Assembly: GCA_031835245.2 (NCBI GenBank)
Contig: JAVKOQ020000005.1
Coordinates: 310,001 to 374,000 of the forward strand
Reading direction: 5' to 3'
DNA from: Balamuthia mandrillaris
Lineage: Eukaryota
Length of the DNA: 64,000 nt
The notes below the pieces were generated by a model. That model saw nothing but the letters and a program-made list of their open reading frames with translations. It was not told the origin of the DNA and made no database searches. How positions within the stretch are numbered: the first letter of the stretch is position 1; every line of letters starts with the position of its first letter. Shown in pieces: positions 39,229 to 52,600 of this stretch. Both the position numbers and the translations under genes were made by a program.

Positions 39229-39895
39229 TTGGTTTTATTTTTGTTACTTTTCTTTTCTAACCTATATCTTTTCTTTTTTTGTTTTTGTTTCATTTATGAT
39301 CTTTTCATTTCTTTTTGTTGTTGTTGTTGTTGTTGAATATAGGTTCTCAGTGCTAAGAACTTGTGGCTGCGTGTTCTCCAAGAGAGCCCTGCGTGAGGTT
39401 CCTTCCATGGAGTGCTTGCAATGCGGCAAGGCTTATACGCCCGATGACGTGATGCCGCTCAATGGCACTGCCGAACAAGTGGAACGGCTTCGACAGCAGC
39501 TCGAAGAGAAGAGAGGGCAAGAACAGGTAGATAGAAAAGAGAGGAAACGCAAAAGGAAAGAAAAGAAATGTATGTGCTTCTCTCTCTGTTCTCTCTCTCT
39601 CTGTTTTCATCACCTTGCTTACACAATGTTTTTCTCCCAATACGTAATAACAGCAACCGACAAAGAAAAGAAGAAGGACAAAGAAAAGACTAAGAGCAAG
39701 ACTGAAAAATCAAAGAGCAGCAAGCGAGCACGTGCTCCTGCGCCTTCCTCTTCGTCCTCGTCTTCAACTTCTACATCTTCCACCAAGTCAACCACAACAG
39801 GAGATGCTTATGTGAGCGATGCCTATCGTTCCATCTTCACATCCAGCACAAAGCCCAAAACCGGATTTACGACATTGACCAGTTCTTATGTCTAA
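38538..39895 (+). CDS. RTF2: Replication termination factor 2
   Basis: MGADGGSIPSRAELVK..WQCCALSKEPL..GYLFNKEAL..FSHIRSLK|D..FACPITG..CGCVFSKRAL..CLQCG..AYRSIFTS. Confidence 0.93.
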
Positions 39896-40105
39896 CGCCT
39901 GCATTAAACTGTGGCGCAACGGCATCATTTTCTTCCACCTCGCTTCTTCTCCAAAAGAACAGTAACAGATGGAAGAACTAGTTCTATTGTACAAACAAAA
40001 ACAGCTAACGTAACTTCAACAACAACAAAATAGAATTTCAAGAAAGACTTGGATGGTCTCCTGCTGGTGAGATTCCTTCTCTCTCTAATTTTCGTTTGCA
40101 CTTCG

Positions 40106-43100
40106 TCATTGTTGAGGTTTGACTCCTCTTGGTGGTGGTAGGGGAGGTGGTGCTCGCGGTGAGGCCGGCACAGAAGAAGATGCCGACGACGAGGAAGGAG
40201 AGGGAGCGCCGTTGCTCTGTTGTGTTTCGGAGCCCCATGCCGTCCCTCTTCTCCCGATCATGAAGGAAGGGGATCCTGGAGGTTGTGACCGTCTGTCTCC
40301 TCGTTGCGTGGTGCTTGACCTCTCTATCTTCTCTGTCGTTGTCTCTTCGTGTTCAACCTCGTGCTCTTTCTCTTTCATCTTTTCGTTTTCTTCATTTTGT
40401 CCTCGTTGCTGTTTGTCGTAGGATCCATGAGTTGGTCGCTTTCGGTGTTCTTCCTGTTTCAATTCCTTTTCCAACTGCTCCTCCTCCTTCCGCAGCCTCA
40501 TATCTAACACCCATACAAAAGGATCCATCGTAGCTCCCTCCTCATCCAGCCTTATTCTCTCCTTCTCTCTCCTCCTCTGTTGCTGCTTTGCGCTTTCCTC
40601 ACCATCATCTTCAGCATTCCCTGTTGGAAGCATCAAACCGTTGCTCTCTTCCGGCAAGAAGAAGCCTCGCCACGCGTTTAACACTCGCATCCATTTTCTG
40701 GCCACTTTGGGCTCCCACGCCACCAAAAAGACGGTTTGTTCTCCTCCGTTACCTCTCTTTCTTCTCCTTCTTCGTCTTGTTTCTTTCTTGCGAAATGTTG
40801 GCTCCTCATCCTTCGAGCTAATTGTCCATCCTCCATCGTCTTCCTCGTCTCCTTGCTTAGCCTCCTCTTCCTCATCAGATAATTGCTGCTGCTGTTCTTT
40901 TTCGTTTTCTGCATCCTCGCTTGTTGGCAACAAGAACCTGAGCTTAAGTACACAGTCTTTCAACACGTCTTCCTCCATCATCAATCCCATCGCCGTTTGC
41001 TTCTTGTCGCTTCGCCACTGGAGCTCCTCCGCTGCCTCGGCTTGCGCGTGCACGAAGCGAGAGTCGGAGCAGAGGGAGACCTCAAGAAGCGAATTGGAAT
41101 TTAGAGGTAGGGAGCCAAGATAACGCTCCGCCTCCTCCTCCACAACCACCTCTTCTGATGTTTGCTTTTGACGAGTATTGCCCAAGCGACTACCACTCTC
41201 GTACTCTCGATGGTAGTAGAACAACTTGTTGCCACAGAGGGAGAACCAGCGTTCCCGCCATCCCTCTCTTGGCTGTGACAAGACCTCCTCCCCCTCCAAC
41301 TCGATGTTCATCAGGAACGTGCCCTCCAGTTGCGGCAACTACAGCGATTCTTCCACGTCAAAAACAGAAGAAAGAAGGAAGAGGGAAGGAGTACAAGAGG
41401 AAAGGAACAAAAGAAATGAAGAAGGAGAAGAAACGGGAAACAATTCTGACCTGAACGTACAAAAAGTGATTGTCATAGACGTCGTTGGGGCCGATGAACT
41501 CATCAACGATGCCGGTTTTCTTCAGAAGAAAGAGGGCATCATCCGGTATGTTTTGCTCCGCCAACGAACGTTGGTGGTCCAACAACTCCACTAAGAGAAT
41601 ATACAGCCAAGTCACGTCAAGGTTTGTTTTTGTATGTAAGAGAAGCACTTACCTTTACGAAAGCTGCTCTGGTCTTTGCCAGAAATAAGACTTGCGTTGG
41701 TGGAGCCTACAGCCTCAGCGATGGCATAGACAAGATCGTAGATGATGACATTGGCATCGATGATGAGAGGCTGAATGCTGCCGTCGGTAAGCACCAAACG
41801 TATCTCCCTCTCCACCACTTCACGAGGCATCTCCTCTTCGCTCTCTCTATCGCCTTCAGCCTCCGTGTATCTGTCGAAGAACTTGTCTCGGGCCATGACT
41901 GTTCCCTTTCCTCTCTTCTCCCCTGCTGTTTCCTCTTCCCCCTCCGCCCCGTCTTCTCCATAGATGGAAGCGATGGTGGCTCTTCGAGGAGAAGCAATGG
42001 ACGAGCTACCGCCATCCATTCCTTCTCCTGTTGCCCCTGCTGCTTTGGCACGTGCCGCTGCTTTGGCTTGCTTCTCCTTCTCCTTGCTTTGCCGTTTCTC
42101 TCTGGTGCGAAGAATGCGTGGCTTTGCTGACAATCTTCCCCAAGAGCTATGATTCTTCTTCTTGTTGGCGCGTTGACTGCCGCTGAGATTAGAGGACGGT
42201 TGTCGCACGAGTCGCATGGAGGAGTGGCGAGCAGGACCGAAGAAGGGCCGCATCTCAATCCAACGCAGCAATACCTGCGTCCAGCTGACTTGCTCTTCCT
42301 CTGATTCTGCAAGTAAGTAATATACTCTGCCTGGTGCTTCCAACTGCATTTGTGTTTGTCTCATTTTGAGTACTTCTCTGTCTTACGCAACGAAAAGCAA
42401 ATGGAAAGAAGGAGAAGAACAAGACGAACAAAAAACAAGAAGGAGATGACGGCAAACCTGAAAAGCAGCTCTTGGATTCCTCTTCGTGGCAGAGTCAAAC
42501 GGTTCGGTGACCTGCAACAAGTTTACATTCTGCACGGCAATGTAATTGATGGGAGTGCCATCCTGCTCCGTCTTGAAGTAGAACAGACGATCCCCACTCA
42601 ACACGAACCATCGCCTCTTCCACGCTTTCACCAACCCTTTATCTCCTTTCTTGAGGAGATGACCCTCCTTCCGAGGCAGCCAGAGATACAACGCGGTGCT
42701 CGCCATGATCTCTCTATCGCTCATCTCCTCTGAGAGCGGTCCGTTGCGCAGCACGATGAACCGTGCCGTGTGGTGTGGCAGTGGCAAATGCAGCAGCAAC
42801 GTATCTTCATTCAGCTTGCGCACTTTTGTTTAGGGTGAGTACATGGAAGGAAAGCAGACAGAAGAAAGTAACAAGAGAAGAAAGTAAGAAGAAGCAAACG
42901 TTCGTCATGGTTAGCGTCTACGAGAGGAATGTCTTCCATGCTGATTTGTTTGACGAGGTGAGGCAACAGCTCTCCTATCGTCATCTGGTCAGAGACTGTC
43001 ACTCGCCTCAACCGCCCGATCATGTCTTGTATCCGCAGCTCGTGCCATAACTTCCTGAACTCCACCGGATCCTATTTAAAAAAAGAAGAAGAAGCTCAGA

Positions 43101-43120
43101 GGAGCAGAAAACAATTAAAC

Positions 43121-43167
<47 letters not shown>

Positions 43168-43427
43168 CGAACCCCGGTGGCAAGTCCATAGGAGCCCAGA
43201 GTGCGGTTGGCCTGCAGCCAGCCCTCGGCCTCGGCCTGGTAGTGGCGCGGGATGAAAAGGCCGTACTGCTTGACTTCCTCGGGGTCGGTGATGTCCTGCT
43301 TGTTGGCCACCAGCTGGACAGCGTCCCGCACGGTGAGAGCCCGCCCGAAGCGCACCACCTTGGTGACGTTCGGCGGGAAATGGACTTTCAGCGTAAGCGG
43401 CGTGGAGCCTTTTCTTGGGCTCAACAT
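40106..43427 (-). CDS. Protein with talin-head-like ubiquitin folds and two PH domains
   Basis: LTLKVHF..TKVVRF..TVRDA..YGLF..WL..RTLGSYGL; PH1 KEGHLLKKGDKGLVKAWKRRWFVL; PH2 WRERWFSLCGNKLFYY..KWMRVL. Confidence 0.75.
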
Positions 43428-44385
43428 TTTTTTTTTGTTTTGCAGATGAAGAAGAGAGATAAAAAAAACCTCTTCCTCTTCTCTCCCCGGTGGTGGCCTG
43501 GTAAAACGAACCGCTTGTCAAAAAAAAAAATGAAAGCATTACACACACGCAAATAAAAGAAGCAGGGTGAGGAGCTCATACCTTACCAAAGGGTGTGTCG
43601 GCAAAGGTCAAAAAAAAAAGAGAGAGAGAGAAGAAAGATGCGGAAAAAAAGAGTGAAAAAGAAAGAAAGAAAGAGCTCTTGTTTCCTCTTCTTCTTGGGG
43701 TGTAACGCAAACAAAAATCAAAAAAAAACCCATAACAAACGCACCTGTTCATTAATTTTGAACGCTCTACTGCGAAAGGGCGGTATGTGACTGGACAGAA
43801 TGTCCGGTAAATGGAGCGGGAATCTTGGAGCATTAAATGTGGACACTTATTTCTCGACTCCTTTGCTTTGAAGCAAATTCGAATGCGGCGTGTCTCCCTC
43901 ATGTCCTCTCTCTTGTCCATATATGCTCCCATAACAAAAAGGCTCCAAACGTTATCTATAAAAGGTGAATTGAGATAATTTTTCATCTTTAATAGGTTAT
44001 TCGCCACGTCACGGAGCACATGGCGAAGAGAGAGAGAGAGAGAGAAGAGTGAAGCGAGAGGGCCGGATCATCCACAGAGTGGGAGACCCCCTCCCGTGCT
44101 TTGCTCTCTCTCTCCTCGCTTACTCTGTGTCGCGGGTGTTTAACTTGTTTCCTTTGGCTCGTTGAGTGCCTTCCCCCCAAATATCTTTGGAAGGGTCACA
44201 CTTAATCCAGAGGGCAAAGCGAGAGAACTCTCTTTGAAGACCTTGGCCTCGTTCTATTAGGTTGGGGCTGAGAACGATTAGGAGGGCACATCCTATTATG
44301 TTTATACAAAAAAGGTAATGAATGACGTCAGTTTGAAAAGCGGACAAAATAAAAGAAAGTTCGAAAGAGAAAGCAAGATCGAAAG

Positions 44386-46512
44386 ATGGCAACGCAGGTC
44401 TGTAATGTGCCTGTGGTGTTTCAGGACTTGAGGCAGCGCGAGTCCTACTTCCAGCTGTTTGACGCGTTGGAAACGTTGGAAAAGACGGTCGACAATGTCT
44501 TTACGCGCATCTCTCAAAGAGTAATAATGTTTCTTTTGCTCATTCATTTTCTTCCTCTCAATTTTTTTTCATCTTTTTCATTCTCGATCCGCTCTCCCCC
44601 TTTTTTTTTTTTTTTTTTTTGAAATAATTCAAGGCTGCTGCTGAGAGGGCTAAAGTGGAGGCGGTGAACAGAAGGCTCGAGGCGGCAAAGGCCAAAGTGC
44701 AGCACATTGCCGGAAGCACCAAGGCCATCACCGTCCACTCCCCCGCCAAGTATCCCGCCCCTGAGCAATTGGCGCAATACTTGCCGCTCTATGGCAACCA
44801 GAAGCCCGCCCCTCCCAAACGTTCCCGCTTCCATCTCTCTGAAATTCCTCACGTTCGTATTCTTTGGCTTCCTGCTGTCTTCTTCTATCGTCTCTTCTTT
44901 CTTATCTGCTCTATATGCCCTCTGCTCTCTGCTCTCTGCTCTCTGCTCTCTGCTCTCTGCTCTCTGCTCTCTGCTCTCTGCTCTCTGCTCTCTGCTCTCT
45001 GCTCTCTGCTCTCTGCTCTCTGCTCTCTGCTCTCTGCTCTCTGCTCTCTGCTCTCTGCTCTCTTCTCTCTTCTCTCTTCTTTCTCTATCTTTGCTCTCTG
45101 CTCTCTACTATCTCTCTCTCCTTTATTATCAACACCAACAGCTGCTTTTTAAAAAAACAGTTTTCCACATTCTCCACAACGGGCAGACTGAAGGATCCTC
45201 TGCAAGATGACCCCTTCCTTCCCGAAAGCGACTCCAGAAGGTCTCTGGAACACGAGAACGACCGCCGCGAAGGGCTCGGCAGGCTGCCTGACCAGCTGCC
45301 CTCCATCAGCGCCCTCCTCCTCTTCAACACCCAGGAGAACCCCTACAAGAAGTACGTGTCTCTGGACAACCTTGCAGGCAGTGCTTCCGCCGGCAAGAAC
45401 TTTCTTGGAGAGAGCAAGCCGGGCTTGGCGGCGGGACCTATCACGTTGGGTCCCGAGGGAGATCAAGGCCTCCTCAGTGTGGTTCCCTTGGAGTACAAGT
45501 ACAGGCCAAAGCTGGAGCAGGTTCCCGAGTTCAACCTGCCGAACGTGCTGCCGAACCTGCCGCGCGTGGCGGATATCTCTTGGGGGCTCTCCTCATCCGC
45601 TGCAAGCGGTTCCACAGCATTGGATTCCATTGCTCCCTCCTCTCATGTGCCTGACTTGCCTGATGTGGGCGGTGCTGCTGCTGTGCCGTCCTCTTCTGAG
45701 GGCGGTGCTGCCAATGATGCAATTTCCTCTTCGTTATTAGTGGATGTGCCGGCCGTGGAGGGATCGGGATTGGCTCCGCCACCACCGCCGCCTGGTATGG
45801 CACCTCCACCACCACCTGGTGGGGCTCCTCCACCGCCTCCTGGCATGGCTCCTCCCCCTCCCCCTAATCTTGCCCCGCCACCTCCTGCTGTACCTGTCGC
45901 TGATAGTGGTACCTCTCTCTCTCTCTCTCTCCCCCCTCTCTTCTCTGTTGATCCCACTTGTAACTGAGAGAATGAATTTTTCTTAGGCGATGCTCGATCG
46001 AGCTTGTTGGCTGACATTCGGAAGGGCCACAAGTCTCGTTTGAAGAGCGCACAGCAGAAAGACCTGGAGGAAGCCCCTCCCTCCGTCTCTGGCCGGGCAG
46101 CTCCCACCGCTCCTGTCTCTACGGTATCATTTTTCTCAACTCTACTTTGTTTCTTTCTCTTTTTTTTGTTTCTGATCCACTTGGTAACAAACAAAAGGGG
46201 GATATATTCGGAGACTTGATAATGGCACTAAACCTTCGTCGCAAAGGCCTCAAAGGAGAAGCGCCACCCAAACCACGAAAACAAAAGCAAACGTTAGCTA
46301 TTTCCTCCTCTTCTTCTTTCTTCTTTCATGTTCTCACCAACCTTCCAACAAACAGCAAAGCGGAGGATCTAACGGAGGACATCAGGCTTCCAGAGCCAGA
46401 CAGACAGGAACAAGCAGAAGCTGCACAGCCAGAAGAAGACTTGGAGGAAGACGACTTTAGTGATGAGGATGAAGAACAGGCATCCAGCGATGACTCTGAA
46501 TGGGATCCTTAA
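44386..46512 (+). CDS. WASHC1: WASH complex subunit 1 (Arp2/3 activator)
   Basis: WAHD VPVVFQDLRQRES..HSPAKYPA..EGLGRLP..SISALLLFNTQENPYKKY; poly-Pro; WH2 RSSLLADIRKG..LK; central GDIFGDLIMALNLRRKG; acidic tail ending SEWDP. Confidence 0.95.
44921..45061 (+). repeat. Intronic (TCTGCTC)n heptamer, about 20 copies
   Basis: Visible run in a WASH1 intron. Confidence 0.92.
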
Positions 46513-46615
46513 ACACAAAAAAAAAAGATGAATGGAGCTATATAATGATAGGCTGAAGCACTTATTTGTTTTGTTGTTTATTGCTTTGTTATTTTTGTGC
46601 TGCAAAATAAGGGCC

Positions 46616-49600
46616 TTATCGACGTCTTCCTCTTCTCTTTTCGTGTGATCGAGCGCCAGCACTTCCCCTTTTGGAATTTATTTTTTGTCAGACAAGAGAA
46701 CGCGAGACAGAGAGAATCAGAAGGACGAGACGTACTCTGCACGGGAAGGACGAGAGGCAGGAGCAGGAACAGCGGTTGGAACAGGAGCGGGGGCTGGTTT
46801 GATGGTCGTCACGGTCTCTTGCTTGATCTGCAGGGAAGCCCCTCTCCTTTTGTTTTGTGTTTCTCGTTCAGTCCAACATAAAAGCAAAAAAGCAAAAACA
46901 CAAAACAAAACAAAACATACGATGAACGACTGGTAAGACTGATCATTCTCTTCTTCTTGACGGGTGGTTGCGGCTCTTCTTCTTTCTTCTCTTCTTTGAC
47001 AGCTCGAAGAAGTTGCATCGAGGAAGAGGACGAAGAAGATGAGGAAGGGCCGAAAGATGGACTGGGAGGAGGAAGCGTTGTTGGGGAAGGCGGCTCCTTT
47101 TTAGAGGACACTTCCTCCTCTCGTCTGCGTTTACTGCCGCTTTCTCTGGGGACGGGAGTGCTTTCCTTGGAGGAGCTTCTGCTGCGCTTTTCTTCTCTGC
47201 GATCCTCTCGTTTCTCTTCTCGTGTTCTTTCTTCTCGTTTCTCCTCCCGTGTCTTTTCCTCTCTTTTCTCTTCGGAGGTACGCTTCGAACTGGATCTTTC
47301 TTTGCTCTATTCATTTTCGAACAAAATAAAAAACGTTAGAAAGGGAGGGAGGGAGGGAGGGAGAGAGACGGTACCTCTGTTTTTCGTCTTTTCCCTACAG
47401 ACGGGCTAGGAGCTCGTGAAGAAGATTCGGAGCGAGGACTTCGTCGTACCTCTCTCGTTTCGCTCAACGAGGATGAGGACGAAGAAGTCCGTTTCTCAGC
47501 AACAGGAAGGACGTTGCGAGAGCTACTGGAACTAGAGCTTGGCTCCAGAGTTGTGTTGGATAACGAGGCTGAGGATGAACGAGGAGAAGGAAGAGGTTTG
47601 GAGTGATGAGGGCTCGCTTCTTTTTCTGTACTTCTGCTTCTGGTGGAAGAGGAAGAAGAAGAACGATATTCGGAGGATGTTCGAGAGGAGGAGGATGAGG
47701 AAGGGCTTCTCTCGCCCCTATCCTCTCGTGATCGAGAGGAAGAGCGTTCCAAAGCAGCAATAACTTCTCTTTGTTTTGTGGAGGAACTCTCTTTGGGAGA
47801 GGAGGGTCTGGGCAGCGCTGCCTCTGCTAGACCCGTAGAGCTTCGGCTGCTTTTGCTCTCAGAAGCGGAGGATTCTGTGTGGCTGCTGTTGCGAGAAGAA
47901 GATCGCTGTTGTTCTCTGGAAGAGGAAGAAGAAGGCTCGCGTTCTCTACCAAGACGTACATGCACATTTTCTGGGGCTGAAGTCGAAGAAAGAGATGCAA
48001 TAGAAGAGGAAGAAGATGATCGCGGTATAGAAGAAGTAGAGGAGGAGGAAGACGAAGAAGACTCGGATGCTCTGGAAGAAGAGGATCGGGAAGAAGGCCT
48101 AGGCGCCGTGACTGTGTTTTCCAAGGTTCGTAGCTTCCCACCAAACTCTTCATCGCTCACCATCTCGCTCTCCCTCATTTGCAGCTTGGCGGCATACCTG
48201 TTTGCCTGAATGCGAATGTCATCTCTCTTCTCCCTTTCTTTGTCCGTATGCTCAGCGACGCTCTCGCTGATGACGCCCCACATACTCCGCACCGACGGAT
48301 AGACATCCACCACCTCGATCAAAACTATGATGGTGTTGCGAACCTCCATCCACTCGCTGGACTTCAGTCCATCCAGAAAGATGCGAGTCATGGTAGAGTG
48401 CCACTTGTGGATGTTGGTGAGTAGTTCGCGGTATTCTACGATGGAAGCTTTGCTGCGGGAGGACGAAGAAGCGCTTCCCGAAAGATCCGTGGAAGAGGGC
48501 ATTTTCTGAAAGCCGCGCATGCCTCGACATTCCTTCTCATACACGTCCTTATTCCTCCATCGATGGATTAAGCCCAACATTTCCCGCAGAAGAAGTCCTT
48601 TGTTATTTTGTTTAATTGTGAGTTAAAGATGCTAAATAATGATAACAACAATAAGAACAAGAATCAATACCAAGACGAGAGGCTTCTCCTTCTGAGCAAC
48701 AAAACAAGGCATAGGTTGTCTCCTGTAGGACCTTGTCGAGGTATTGAACGGTGGAGAAGTATGGAGTGTCGATACGATGCATCATTTCTACAAACTTGGC
48801 GCAGTAGAGAGCATCCGAAGCGGAGAATAGAGCACGTGGAAAGATGCAATTCTGAAGCAGATCGTATACCATGTTCTTTGGATTTTTACCTGTTTTTTGT
48901 TTCAGGAAATGAACAAAGAAAAGAGCAGGAAGTGCTCAAAAAAAAAAAAACCTACCAGGAGGGAACCATTTGTCTTTTTCCTTCATGATCCGTTGCATTA
49001 CTTTCTCGTAGTTTCGTTGTTGTGTGTCTCTCTCCAAGTCCAGTTTTGCAAGAGTTGTGTTCAATCTGTCCGTCTCGCGTTTGGCCTGCAGTACAAAGTA
49101 CACGTCAGAAGAAAGCAGAAAAAAGCAATGAAGAAAGAAAGAAAAAGTACCGCAGCTGGACTTTGGTCTCTTTTTTCTGCCACAAGTTTAAGCTCGTTTC
49201 GTATCTTTTCTGCTGCTGTTTCGTAACTTTCTGTCGGCACATGAATGTCATAGTATGACAACGCCCAAAAAGTTGTATAGAAATCCAAACTGAGAGAGAG
49301 GAGGGAGAGATTTAGGATAAGAAACCAAAGAAAGAAGGATTTGAACAAACTTGATTTATAGAATAACTTACCTAATGTTCTTCCATTTTGTGGAAGGGAA
49401 GAGGTTGCCAACTTCAGCAAGGAGATTGTTTGTTTTATCATCACTAGATCCCTCCGTTGATCCCTACGCAAGAAAGTTAGAGAAATTGAGGAGATAGAGA
49501 AAGATAGAGAGAGAGAGAGAGAGAGGACATACAAAAGTCATGTGAAGGACAGGACGGAGAAAGCAAAAGGCCGCATCAGCATCGAGATGATAGTCTTTGC

Positions 49601-52600
49601 AGAGCTGAACAAGGGAAGGGGCTATCGCCCCATAATCGGTCGACTTAAGGTGAGCACTCAGAAACTCCACATATTGTATCAACGTGTTTTGGCACTGTAA
49701 AAATAAAGAGAGGAGTTGTTAGCGAACGAAAACAAAAAACACGTAATAAAAAGATTGGGTGCTACCTTATCGTAGATGTCTCCCAAAACTTTCAGATGAT
49801 TAACATCTGAGTTATAGACAATATTACCCCGTTGTTGTGCCAACAAAATGAACAGCGGGACTACAAGGTTGCCCTTCTTCAACGCTGTGAGTAAAGCCTC
49901 GCACGTCTGTTGTCTTATCACTGGCTTCAATGGAGCCGACTGTATATCAAAAAAGAAAACAGATATGTCACTAAATGCTCAGGAGCACCAAGAAATGAAG
50001 AAAGAAATGTACCTCGAGTTTCACAGTAGGTCCACCGGCAAGAGCAGAAATCTGAGTGTCTGACAAATCCACAGTGGCATCGATGCCAGCCATATTAGCA
50101 ATAAGCTCGTTTAAGATGATGAGTTCCAACGTGCTATTTTCGTTGAGCTGGTTCGCCACGTACTGCAGCAAGCCCACAAGCTCTGATTTGGGGTATTTGC
50201 GGTAGAACACGCCTGCAAAGGCGGCTAAAGCTTGCAGCCAATGAGCCACATTCAGCCCATCGACTTTGATTCTGTTCTTACTTGCTGCTAAGTGCTCCAC
50301 TAACATGACTGATTTTTTGATTTGTTTGTTTCGGTGTTAAAAATTCAAATGAAAAAAGAGAAAGAAAAACATACAGGCTGCAACGTCAATGCTGAGCATG
50401 GTGATATACTTGAGAGCATCGGCAACGGGCTGAATGAGATTGTCGTAGGATTGCAGCTGGCTGAATATGACATCGAAGATGATGCACGGTGAAGCATGGC
50501 TGAGCTTTCCCAATGCCCTTCCAAATTGCTTCACATTGTCCTTGTTCAGGCGTCTGAAGCGAAGAGATTACAGTTTCATAAGTACAGAGATTTAAAGACA
50601 AAAATGGAAGAGAGGAGGACAAAGAAAGCATCACTGACACAAAGTAACAACAACAGCAGCAACAACACCACCAAGAAAAAAGAGGATAGCATGGACATTG
50701 AAGATGGAGAAAGAGAAAATTATTAGAGCACCTCATCATTTTCTTGAGTTCTTTGGTCACTTGAGCTTTGACTAACATTAAAGCAGGCTTGCTATCGTAA
50801 GTCTTTGTCTTCCAACGATTATACAAGAAAAACCTACAAAATAACGTATATGATTAGCTAATCGGAAGAGACGCACAGCGAGAAAAAAAACAGCACGGAT
50901 GGAAGACAAAAAAGAAGAGGAATGATAGAAGAAAGACATAAAAGCAAGCGCAGAGAGAAAGAAGTACCGAGTGCGGTAGGGCAGGAGTTTGATGAGATCC
51001 CACACTTCAGTGGAAACAGCAGGATTGGAATGGAACAGCGATAGCGCTGGCAATAACACTTTATCCAAGAGCTTCTCCACCACAATTCTCGCCTGCGGGT
51101 CATTCGGGCACTGAGAAGGAACAAAGTTAGAAGGAATAATAATAATAAAAACAGAAAGCAGAGCAGAGAAAAATGAGAAGCTGAGATAGTAAAGAGTGAA
51201 ACCTGTTTGAAATAATCAACGTGCAATCGGCAAACTTTGGTGAAGAGAACCGGATCCATGTGAAGATAAGGGCCGAGATGAAGGAGGAGCGGCAACAAAA
51301 GAGTGTTGAGGTCGTTGTAAGAGTTAAGTAGCTCTACTCTATTGTTGATGTTTGTGTTGATATTCTCTTCTTCCTGTTTCTCCTTTTCACGTTCCTCATC
51401 CTTTTTCTTTACTGGTTCTTCTTCTTCCCTCTCCTCTTCTTCCTTCTCCTCTCCCTCTTCCATTTGTTCGCCTTCCTCTCTTTCTCCATCTTCAATGTCC
51501 ATGCTATCCTCTTTTTTCTTGGTGTTGTTGTTGCTGCTGTTGTTGTTACTTTGTGTTTCAGTAGTGCTTTCTTTGTCCTCTTTCATTTCACCTTCCTCCT
51601 CTTCATCTTCTTCTCCTCGCACTTCTCCTTCCTTCTTCTTCTTCTCCTCTTCTATTCTTTCGTTCTTTTTCTCATGTCCCTCTTCTGTGCCTTCCTCTCC
51701 TTTCCAGTCCTCATCCGCATCCTCCGCTCTTTCTTCATGAACAGGAGAATTAGGTGTAGAAGAAGAAGCTGTAGCAGTTGCAGAGGTAGAGGAACTTGCA
51801 GCAGGAGAAGGAGCCGTGGCAGCAGTAGCAGCCGCTGCGGCTGCTGCTGCACCGTTTTTACGTTGGTGCTTTGTAAGGCCGCTAGAGAATCGTACATACT
51901 GGTAGAGAGGCTCCATCATAGTATGTGCTCTTTTACACAACATTCGGGTAATCTTTAAAATGATAGGAAAACGGTGAGTTGGACAAGATTACTGTCATAA
52001 TAAGAAAGCGAAATAAAGATCAATGAGAGAGAAAGAGAGAGAAGGAGATGTGTACAGGTGGATAAGAAGCAGGATCAGTATAAGATAAGCGATTCAGTAA
52101 AAGGGTGGCGCTACCCCAGTCGTTACTCTCCAAGAGGCTTAACAATAATCCCAGTTTTTGGTTTTCCTGCACAATAAAATACAAACTCATTCATATAGGA
52201 GAAGAAAAGAATGACAAAGAAGAACATAAGAAGAGAAAGATAAAAAGTACCGGTTCCTCAGTTGTTGTAGCAGCCGTTTCTTTCCCTTTGTCGGCGCTCT
52301 TTGCCTGGATGAGTTCAAATGTAAGAAAGGGACAAAAGGAAAAAGAAAGAAAAATAATGCATGCGCATGAAACACTACCCCCAAGTTGAGATTCACCGAG
52401 GTCAACTTTTCTGCGCTGGTTGCTGCCTGTTGAAACACTTTTTCAGCTTGTTTCACGCCTTCTTCATCACTAGGGCTCAACTAAACATTAAAACGAAAAC
52501 AACACAAAAACACGAATTGTCAAAATAAAAGAAAATAATAGTAAACAAAAAGGAGGAAAACGTTACATGAGGCCAAATCTCGTCGATGGTAAGCAACTTA

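Noticed and set aside
44655..45210. ALCSLLS-repeat proteins, or a CRISPR-like array
   Set aside because: Pure 7-bp tandem repeat with no spacers, inside a WASH1 intron
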